From Carcharhinus amblyrhynchos (Eukaryota), in assembly GCA_965287045.1 (NCBI GenBank), contig OZ336882.1, positions 57,350,001-57,414,000 of the forward strand: 64,000 nt of DNA, given 5' to 3'. The notes beneath the pieces were generated by a model. The model had not been told where the DNA came from, did no database searches, and saw nothing but the letters and a program-made list of their open reading frames with translations. This document shows, piece after piece, positions 13,425 through 22,700 of the stretch (its first letter is position 1; each line of letters starts with the position of its first letter). The translations under genes were made by a program, and so were the position numbers.

Positions 13425-13730
13425 GGGCGGCATGGTGGTATAGTGGTTAGCATTTCTTTCTCACAGTGCCAGGGACCGGGTTCAATTTCCACCTTGGGTA
13501 TGTTTTCCCTGTGTTTACGTGGGTTTCCTCTGGGTGCTCTGGTTTCCTCCCACAGTCCAAAGGTGTTCAGGTTAGGTGCATTGGCCATGCTAAGTTGTCC
13601 CTTACTGTCCCAGAATGTGTGGGTTAGCAGAATAAATGCGTGGGGTTTCGGGGATATGGCCTGGGTGGGACGTTCTGTTGCACAGCCAGTGCAGACTCAA
13701 TGGGCAAATGGCCTCCTTTTGATTCTATAA
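13425..13730 (+). mobile_element. HE1-like V-SINE with CR1/HER1-type tail
   Basis: tRNA-like head (tggtatagtggttagc; gggttcaatt), central gtgggtttcctc.gggtgctc.ggtttcctcccacagtccaaag, tail ..aaatggcctcct..gattcta. Confidence 0.85.
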
Positions 13731-14970
13731 GAAAGGGCTGAAGACAGGGAGAGTAGGGATTGTGGATTGGACAATATTCACATTGTTGCTGTTTCAGTTC
13801 TGCCAGAGATAAGCAAATCATTTAAAGCAATTGGAGAAGGGAGTCTCTGGGGATTCTGTGCATCAACACTGTGGTAAACCTAGCTGGAGAGTACTGCAGG
13901 GGTGAACAGTTTGGGAGTCAACTGTATCTGAGAACTCAGATAGAATATGGCTGCTAGTGCAAGCAACCAAGAGCCAAATTCATTGAGTGGAAAGTGAGAG
14001 ATCCTATATGCCAGAAGCTGAGTTTGAAAGACTTTGAGATTACATGTGGTATTGCACTTTTGCCAGAGATGAGTGAATATTTGTGTCTGCATGAGGCATA
14101 ATGACCACTATTGTGAAATTTACCTTATTATTTAAAATATAATTTGTCTCAATTAATTAATTTTTGAATTATGTTTATTTTTGTTCATTTGTTACAGTAA
14201 AGGTTTTAAGAAGTGAAATCTTGTCCATCAGTTTTCATTCCAGTAGCATTGTGAGGATTCCTTTCTTTAAAAAAGTTTTTGGTCTTAATGGGAATTATAT
14301 CAATTATTAAAAACGTATCTAAAAGGAATTGGGGTAGGATTTCTTCACAGTTCCAAATCATGTCCAATACAAAGGAAGGTGGTTGTGGTTGTTTTATGCC
14401 AATTATATCAGCACCAGAACTTGGTTGCAGGAATTCCTCAGGATAGTATCCTCAGCCCGACTATCTTCAGCTTGTCATCAATGACCTTTTTTCCATCATG
14501 GGTAGTGGGATACTCACTGGTGATTGTGCAGTGTTAATTTCCGCTCCGTATTTCTCAAAATCAAGCAACCTACACATTGCATGAAGGAAGAGCTAGATAG
14601 ATTCAGGTTTGTGCTGATAAGCGTCAAGTATCAGTGATGAGATAAAAGTGCCCATGAAATAACCTACCCCTAATAAAAAGAGACCGAGCATCTCCCATTG
14701 ACACTCAATTGCATTATCAGAGTTGAAGCTCCCACTATCAATATTCTAGGCGTCACCATTGAACAGAAACACATAGATGCTGAGGCATTAAAAGCTCTGC
14801 AGTACGGTGGCTGTGTGTGGTGCTAACCACTATGCCAAGAGAGTGTAGAGAATATGGAACTCACTACCACAGGGAGTGATTGAAGAAAACAGTATAGATG
14901 CATTTAAGTGAAGGATAGATAGAACTATGAGGACAATGGTTACAATGGGCAGGAGAAAGTTTACAACTGT

Positions 14971-15263
14971 GGGTGGCTTGGTGGCATAGTGGTTAGCACT
15001 GCTGCCTCAGTGCCAAAGATGCTTCCTGGCTTGGGTCATTGTCTGTGCGGAGTCTGCATGTTTTTCTCATGTCTGTGTGGATTTCCTCTAGGTGCTCTAG
15101 TTCCCTTCCACAGTGTGAAATACATGCTGGTTAGGTGCGTTGGCCATGCTAAATTCTTCCTTACTGTACCCAACAGGCGCTGAAGTGTGGTGACTAGGGG
15201 ATTTTCACAATAACTTTATTGCAGTGTTCATGTAAGCCTACTTGTGACACTAATAAATAAACT
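14971..15263 (+). mobile_element. V-SINE with alternative (type B) tail
   Basis: Same head and V-domain, but tail ggggattttcac..gcagtgtt.atgtaagcctacttgtgacactaataaataaact. Confidence 0.85.
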
Positions 15264-15373
15264 AAAAGCATTGGATTATATAGGATATGTGGAACAGAAC
15301 TAGACCATTCGGTCCAACCAGTTCATGTCAACAATTATGCCTCTCCTGTTTTTCCTCATCTAAATCTATCATT

Positions 15374-15702
15374 CATAGAATCATGGAATTCTACAGTGCA
15401 GAAAGAGGTCATTTGGCCCATCAAGTCTGCACTGATCACAATCCCTCCCAGCCCATAGCCATGTAACCCCATGTATTTAGCCTGCTGCTCTCCCTGACAC
15501 AAAGTTGCAATTTAGCACAGCCAGTCAACCTAACCCGCACATCTTTGGACTATGGGAGGAAACTGGAGCACCCGGAGGAAACCCATGCAGACACAAGGAG
15601 AATGTGCAAACTCTACACAGACAGTGACTCAAGCTGGGAATCAAACTTGGGTCCCTGGCACTGTGAGGCAGCAGTGCTACCCACTGTGCTACTGAGCTGC
15701 CC
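15374..15702 (-). mobile_element. HE1-like V-SINE (CR1-type tail) inserted in a CR1 3' end
   Basis: Same head and central domain on the minus strand. CR1 sequence on both sides (15290-15373, 15703-16200). Confidence 0.85.
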
Positions 15703-16469
15703 ACAATTGTAACCGTTCTCCTGCCCATTGTAACCCTTTTCCCTCATAGGTCTGACTATCCTTCCCTTAAATGCATCTATACTATTTACTTCAACCACTC
15801 CCTGTAGTGATGAGTTCCATATTCTCAACACTGTTGGTAAAACGTTTCTTCTGAATTCCCTTTTGAATTTCTTTGTGACTATCATATATTGATGACCTCT
15901 ATTTTTGCTCTTCCTCATAAATTGAAACATTCTCTCTGTATCCACTTTATCAAAGTCTTTAATTGTTTTAAACATCGGTGTTAAGATTCTGTCTTCTTTC
16001 TGGAGAAAAGAGACTTAACCAAATACATGTCCACTCATGTATTTCTGGTATCATCCTTGTAAATCCTTGGCTGGAACTGCAGTTAGTACTCAAAGTGTGA
16101 TCTAACAAAGATTATATACTGGTTTAACATAACTTCCCTACTTTTTACTTCTATTGTAGAAGTAAATCCAAATGTTTGATTTGTTTTATGGCCTTGCTAA
16201 TGGGTGGCCCAACGTTTAGTTGTAGTTATTTAGTAGTAGGGGGATTTGCACTCAGATTCCTTTGTTTCTTTACCCCACTTAGACTTGCAATATGACACCT
16301 TGCATTTATACTATACATTTAGGAATGTAAAATTTCCAAGAGCTCCTTAGGAACATTATTAAACAAGACTTGTCACCGAGCAACATAAGAAAGTATTAGG
16401 GCAGATGGCCAAACACTTGATCAAAGAGAAACTAAGTAAAATACTGTGGATGCTGGAATCTGAAACAAG

Positions 16470-17450
16470 GTAAAAAGTCTGACAACACCAGGTTTTAGTC
16501 CAACCTATTTATTTGATAATATTCTCACAAGCTTTCGAGGGGTTACCCTCTTCGTCAGGTGAATGGAGAGTTCTGGCCTCAGACAGAGCATATAAAGCAC
16601 AGACAGTTTAGAGATTACTGATTAAAATGCGAATCCTTACACCTAACCTGCTGTTCAAGACCTGAAGTGGCTGACAATGTGAGTGGTAGGAGCACTGATC
16701 ACAGTTTAAAGAGATGTGTATTGTCTCCAGACAGTACAGTAAGTGAGGTTTTGCAAACCCAGGCAAGTCACGGGGGTTACAGATAGTGCGACATGAACCC
16801 AAGATCCCTGTTGAGACCGTCCTTATGTGTCCCGAAGCATGGTACATTGGGGAGACCATGCAGACGCTACGACAACGGATGAATGAACATCGCTCGACAG
16901 TCACCAGGCAAGACTGTTCCCTTCCTGTTGGCGAACACTTCAGTGGTCACGGGCATTCAGCCTCTGACCTTCGGGTAAGCATTCTCCAAGGCGGCCTTCA
17001 CAACACACGACAGCGCAGAGTCGATAAGCAGAGACTGATAGCCAAGTTCCGCACACATAAGGACGGTCTCAACAGGGATCTTGGGTTCATGTCGCACTAT
17101 CTGTAACCCCCGTGACTTGCCTGGGTTTGCAAAACCTCACTTACTGTACTGTCTGGAGACAATACACATCTCTTTAAACTGTGATCAGTGCTCCTACCAC
17201 TCACATTGTCAGCCACTTCAGGTCTTGAACAGCAGGTTAGGTGTAAGGATTCGCATTTTAATCAGTAATCTCTAAACTGTCTGTGCTTTATATGCTCTGT
17301 CTGAGGCCAGAACTCTCCATTCACCTGACGAAGAGGGTAACCCCTCGAAAGCTTGTGAGAATATTATCAAATAAATAGGTTGGACTAAAACCTGGTGTTG
17401 TCAGACTTTTTACTGTGTTTACGCCAGTCCAACACCGGCATACCCACATC
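16470..17450 (+). mobile_element. Young Penelope-like element, 5'-truncated, with inverted pLTR and GIY-YIG remnant
   Basis: 361-bp inverted arms (16470-16830 and 17053-17413). Open frame WYIGET...RQRMNEH...LPVGEHF...GLNRD ending at TAA 17106. TSD ATCTGAAACAAG at 16458-16469 and 17448-17459. Confidence 0.92.
17320..17359 (+). ncRNA. Minimal type-I hammerhead ribozyme motif in PLE pLTR (antisense twin at 16524-16563)
   Basis: ttcac-CTGACGA-a-GAGGG taac CCCTC-GAAA-gc-tt-gtgag: CUGANGA and GAAA cores, 5-bp stem II, palindromic AGCU in place of stem III, stem I ttcac/gtgag. Confidence 0.75.
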
Positions 17451-17639
17451 TGAAACAAGAACAGAGGATGCCAGTAAGCTCAACAGGTTTGGCAGCATCC
17501 ATAAGGAAAGAAAGCAGAATTAACATTTCGAATGGTTTGACTTTTCATCAGAACTTGAACAAATCAGTAGACTTTAAGGAGTATCTTAAAACAGGGAATA
17601 GAGCTGGCGAGGTTTGGAGATGGAACTCCAGAGTTTAGT

Positions 17640-18292
17640 ACTTCTTTTAATCTAGTCTACTATATTGTGTATTTGAAATGTGGTCCTCTCTGCAGTGCAG
17701 AGACCAAATGCAGATTGGGTGATCACTTTGTGGAACATCTCCATTCAGACTGCAAGCATGACCCCAAGCTTACGATGACCTGTCATTTAAATTCTCCATT
17801 TTGCTCTTGTGCTGATATGTCTGTCCTCGGCCTACTGCACTGTTCCAGTGAAGTGCAACACAAGCTTAAGGAACTTAGGGAACGATGTAGCATATTTCAA
17901 TCTTAATTGAGTTCAGCAATTTCAGATCAAACACTCTTTCCCTCTTTTTTTCCCTTTTTTTGTACGTTTCAGTTTCACTTATTTTTGTTTTCAGGTAATA
18001 GCGCACCTGTTTTAAGCAATCTTTATATAAAACAATCTTTTTAGTTTACTTTCTTGCCCCATTCACCATTCCCTTTGGCCCTGCATGGCCAACTCCTCTG
18101 CTATTCAATCTCTCCTGTCTTCAATCCAATCACAGACCTTTTTGTCTTTGTCTCACCCAGCTCTTGCTCAAATCCTATTACAACTCTAACTTTTTCCAGT
18201 TCTGCTAAAAAGTAATCAACCTGAAACATTAACTCTGTTTCTCTCTCCTGCCTGACCTGCTGAGTGTTTCCAACATTATCTGCTTTTATTCT
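17640..18292 (+). mobile_element. Decayed Penelope-like element, second family (GIY-YIG remnant and pLTR)
   Basis: ORF 17667-17906 KCG..ETKCRLGDHFVEH...CHLNSP...DMSVLGLLHC is a degenerate PLE GIY-YIG. The 3' pLTR ..gaaacattaactctgtttctctc..gacctgctgag follows. Confidence 0.75.
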
Positions 18293-20049
18293 GGGGCTTA
18301 AGGCTTGGCAGCTGAAGGGACAGCCACGAATGGTGATCCTCAAAAGGCCAGAATTAGAGAAGCAGAATTAGACAACCATTGAGGGTTCTGGGGCAGGAGG
18401 AGATTGCAGAGGAAGGGGTGAGACTATGGGGGATATGAAAATAAGGATGAAAATTTTAAAATCAAAGAGTAAGTTTTGGAGTTTTGAAGTATAAAACTCT
18501 TTTAATTAAATTATCTAAATACAGATAATTATAATAAAATACAGAAGTTCTGCTCTCTATATATAGTTAATCAATTAAATCACATGATACAAAAAACAGA
18601 ATGATGGAAAATCTCAGCAGGTCTGACAACATCTGTGAGGAGAGAACAGAGTTAATGTTTCAAGTCTGGATGATTCTGTGTCAAAGCTTAAACCTAATAA
18701 CACATTTTTTTTAAAATATAAGGGGTCATTTGTTTATTCCTTTAAAACTGACAAAGAAGCCTTAATCACAGCATAATTAAAACATACACAATTCCTTCGA
18801 CCCAGATATTTTAGTACCTTTGATGTAATAAAGTCATCAAAACCAGTTCCTCACAAACAGCTGACTTTACTGTTAATTGTCCGACAAGCAGAAATTCAAA
18901 CTGAATTGCTTGAAAAGGTGGCTAAGATAAAATTCATTAATGTTACTTCAGACCAACATACAACCCCAAACATTATCAAAATCTTACAAAGGCATTGTTT
19001 AACTGGGGGCCAACATGGGTCAGCGAGTGTAGGGTTGAGGCTTGAATGGGATTTGGTGTGAGTAAGGACACGGGCAGCAGAATTTTGAATGAGCTCAGGT
19101 TTATTGAGTATAGAAAGTGGGAGACAAGCTGCGAGTGCATTGGAATAGTAAAGTAGCAAAGGCATGAATGAAATGCAGCAGAAATGAGTTGGGCCAGAAG
19201 AGTTGGGCAATCTTGTTGAGGTGGAAACATGGAGTTTAAGTGTTGGGATAGAAATGTAGTTGGAAGTGCATCACATGGTCAAGTATGACACTAAGGCTGT
19301 GAAATGTTGAACTCAGCATCAGACAGTTGATAGGGAGAGGTATGGTGGCAGGAACTGAAAAAAATGGCTTAAATTTTCCTGAGAATTGGAGGAAATTTAT
19401 GCTTGTTGAGTACTGGAAGTTGGACAAACGATCTGACAATTTAGAGAGATGGTTTTGAAGTAGGGGTGATTGGCATCAACATATATGTCAAAAGTAATGC
19501 TGTCATTTGGATGATGTGGCCAAGCGATAGAATTCAGTTGAGAATTAAGAGGCCAAGGGTAGAATCCTGGAACATCAGAGATAACTGTGGCTATGGGAAT
19601 TGATTGGTAAGCTCGAACCAGGCAAGAACATTCCCACCCAACAGAATGACAATGGGGAGGTATTAGAGGGAAAGGGTACAGTCAACCAATTCAAAAGGTC
19701 AAGAAGGATGAGAGAATAGTTTACCTTTGTCAGTTACATAGAATGTCATTTCTTACTTTGGTAACAGCCGTTTCGGTACTGTGGCAGGGGTGGAAACCTG
19801 ATTGGAGGGATTCAAACCTGGAGTTCGCAGAAATATGGGAAAAGTTTGTGAAGAGAGAACTCATTCAGGGACTTTAGAGAGGAAAGAGAGCTTGAAGATT
19901 AGGTAGTAGTTTGCAAGGATGGAGAGATCAAGGATTGTTCTTTTGAGTAGAGAGGAACAGTATCTGAGGGGAGGGAACTGTAATCAATATTAGCTAATAG
20001 CAACAAATCAGATCTGTGGTAAGTGACTCCCCAAAACTTAATACCACTC

Positions 20050-21290
20050 ATGTCAAACAAGCCACAAGTATGATGGAATACTCTGCCCTTGCCTAGATAA
20101 ATGCAGCTTCACCAATACTCGAAGTTTGACACCATCCTGGGCAAAGTAGTTTGTTTGATCAGCACTTCATTCATTGCCTTAAACATTCACTCTGACCAAT
20201 ACCAGTGCATGTTGCGAGCAAGTTTCATTTGCCACTATTCTGCCCATCTGATCAGCTCATCTATATCATCTTGTAATCCAAGGCTTTCCTCCTTGCTATT
20301 TATCACATCACCCTCTACCTCTCACATTCACGTCTCGATCCTAAATGTACGCTACAAACAGCAAGGGACCCAACACAGGTCCCTTTGGTATACTACTGGA
20401 TACATGCTTCCAGTCTCAAAATAACTGTTGACCATCAGCTTCTCTCTCCTGCCACTAAGCCGATTTTAATTTGCCAACTTGGGTACTATTTACAAGATGC
20501 ATTGCAGCAAATCACTGAAGCCTCTTGAATGGAATCACCTAAACCTGCAAACCTAACACCTAGAAAGACGAGGGCAGTATTCAAACATACCTATTATATG
20601 GTGACCAGAACTGCACACAGGACACTAACTATGGTTCATTGAGCATTTTATACAGTTCAATCATAACCTCCCTGCTCTTATATTCTATGTCTCAGCTAAT
20701 CCCATATGCCTTCATAACTACCAAATCTATCCATCCTGCTGCCTTCAGGGATCTTTGGACATGCACCCCAAGATCTTTCTATTCGTCAGTACTTTCTAGT
20801 TTTCTACTGTACATCGTGTATTTCGTAGCCTTGATAGTCCTGCTAAAATCTATCATCTTACACTTTTCAGGGTTAAATTCCATTTGTCACCATTCTGCCC
20901 TCCTAACCAGACCATCTATATCATCCTGTAACTTAAGGCTTTCCTCCTTGCAATTTATCACATCAATAATTTTCCTGTCATCTGCAAACTTACTGATTGC
21001 ACCTCCCACATTCAAATCTGAATCATTAATGTACACAGGAAACAACAGGGATCCAACAAAGGTCCCTTTGGTACATGACTGGCTACAGGCTTTCATTACC
21101 AATACGACTTGACTTGAATGTTACTTGTCAGCTAAATATTGTCCAGGACTTGCTGCATTTAGACATGGACTGCTTCAGCGTCTAAGGAGTTGGGAATGGT
21201 GCTGAACATTATGCATTAAACATGGGATAATGGAGATGGTGATTTGGATCAACCGTGGTCATATTGATTCATGGAGCAGGCTTGAAGGCC
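20050..21290 (-). mobile_element. Cluster of CR1 fragments (mostly minus strand)
   Basis: ORF 20887-21102 GSLLF.VYIND...ISKFADD.KI...LQDDID.L..W. A second similar fragment lies at ~20220-20480. Confidence 0.75.
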
Positions 21291-21295
21291 AAAGG

Positions 21296-21430
21296 AGCTT
21301 TGACAAAGGGTCATCTCAACTCGAAATGTCAGCTCTTTTCTCTCCTTATAGATGTTGCTTGACCTGCTGAGATTTTCCAGCATTTTTCTTTTGCTTTCAG
21401 ATTCAGTATCTGCAATGATTTGGTTTTATT
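21296..21430 (+). mobile_element. Second-family PLE pLTR remnant (similar pieces at 18590-18690 -, 41010-41105 -, 54090-54185 -, 61195-61440 +)
   Basis: Shared gacctgctgagattttccagcatttt...tttcagattc(c)agtatc motif and decayed TTGACAAAGGGTC...CTCGAAATGTC core. Confidence 0.65.
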
Positions 21431-21650
21431 ATTGTCTTGTGTGTACGCCAATTCATGCTTTTGTAAAAATCTTACCTTAATCAGTATTTTGCTAAATTGT
21501 TATGTTATATTCAATTTTAACATGACTGAATGAAATACATTTATAATATTACTTGAGCAGTTAAGATCTTTTTGGTTAGAAATTGGCCAGAATACTGAGG
21601 AAATTCTCTGCTCTTCGAGAGAACATGAAGCTTTACTGGATTCCCTCAGG

Positions 21651-21811
21651 AAGAAGTCTCACAACACCAGGTTCAAAACTGCCCGCTCAACTAACGAAAG
21701 GGCAAAGCCCCGAAAGCTAGTGACGTTGGCTACCAAATAAACTGGTGTTGAGGCTTCTTACTGTGTTTACCCCAGTCCAACGCCGGCAACTCCACATCAT
21801 GACTACCATCG
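21651..21811 (+). mobile_element. Older short Penelope-like pLTR insertion (related subfamily)
   Basis: Short inverted start aagaagtctcacaacaccagg versus ctggtgttgaggcttctt; decayed hammerhead CTAACGA..GGGC aaa GCCC..GAAAgcta; tail gtttaccccagtccaacgccggc. TSD TTCCCTCAGGAA at 21641-21652 and 21812-21823. Confidence 0.85.
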
Positions 21812-22039
21812 TTCCCTCAGGAATGCAGGTTGACTTTAGCGAATCTGAAATTAGGAGAATGCCAACAAAAATACAATTTTTAAAAAGTTACCTTTTAAAA
21901 TTCTTTGCATGTTAAAGTGCAACAAAATTAGATGAATTTGAGAAAATTGCGACTCCAATAAATCACAGCAACACTACTTTTTGACAAGATTCACAATAAA
22001 ATCTGCTTTGGTATTTCCGAAGGAAAAAAAAATCTGCCT

Positions 22040-22700
22040 TATGGGCAGACGCCTAATTCATTGCCGCTGGCAATGTTCACTGGCCCGGGCGAGACGCCTA
22101 TCGAGCGCCGGGCGACGTCGGCAGCCCGGCACGAAGGAAGGGTGTGAGACGCATGCGCATTGCCGGCAGCTGGGCGTGAAACTCATGCGCAGCGTCGTGC
22201 CAGGTTTGTGGAAGGGACGTGAGCGTGAGGCGCACGCGCAATGTTGTGCCATTGCCGGCAGCCGGGCTTGAGGGGCGGCGTATGCGCAGTGGTAGGCAGG
22301 AGCAGGCTGCGTGTGCGCACGCTATTTGCTGTGGAAGACGTGCTGTTGGAGGTAAGAAAGCGGGAGGAGAATGGCAAAATGAGATGGGACAGAAAGCAAG
22401 GGGAAAAGGGCTGCTGGACCGACTCCAGCAGGCACGGAGGTGAAAGTGGCGGCGGGGAAAACACTTCTGGCTGGGCTGATGCTCTTGTGAGGAGACAGAG
22501 CTTCCATGTCGGACTGTTTGTGAGGAGGGAGGGGGTGGGCCGTTGTTATTTTTCGCCGCCCGAGTCGGCGCCATTTTGTGTTGAAGCAGATTTTAAAAAA
22601 TGCAGCAAATGAAACCGCACAGAAAACAACCAAACTGGCAGCAGGACCGGTGTTTGGAGTGAACCCGAAAAAAATAAAGATCACTCGCTACCACAGGAAA
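22040..22700 (+). promoter_or_regulatory. CpG-island promoter of MATR3
   Basis: Only clearly CpG-dense stretch in the window. Five NRF1-like GCGCRTGCGCA variants (22149-22159, 22182-22191, 22230-22240, 22278-22288, 22309-22319), GC box GGGGCGG 22272-22278, YY1-type CGCCATTTT 22569-22577, upstream CCAAT 21955-21959. Lies ~10 kb upstream of the first MATR3 coding exon. Confidence 0.85.
22310..22351 (+). other. MATR3: Putative non-coding first exon of MATR3 (start approximate)
   Basis: Strong donor GAG|GTAAGA at 22351/22352 immediately downstream of the NRF1 cluster. The TSS cannot be determined from sequence. Confidence 0.55.

Larger units (their letters stand above)
16432..17565 (-). mobile_element. 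Second-family PLE pLTR fragment interrupted by the young PLE
   Basis: aaatactgtggatgctggaatctgaaacaag | aacagaggatgcc...taacatttcgaatggtttgacttttcatcagaac. Minus strand reads CTGATGA...GAAAtgtt (hammerhead-like). Confidence 0.65.
16300..19990 (-). mobile_element. Fragmented L2-clade LINE hosting PLE insertions
   Basis: ORF 18896-19210 LLYYSNAL..LP..LIQNSAARVLT.T....L...WPPVK is an L2-type ORF2 C-terminus. Pieces resume across the inserts at ~17570-17640 and ~18293. Confidence 0.65.

Noticed and set aside
13425-13500. tRNA-like A/B boxes (also at other SINE heads)
   Set aside because: No cloverleaf; continues directly into the V-SINE body.
22600-22662. Short ORF MQQMKPHRKQPNWQQDRCLE after the YY1 site, faintly like the alternative N-terminus of a short human MATR3 isoform
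   Set aside because: No in-frame donor before the stop; similarity is too weak and based on memory.
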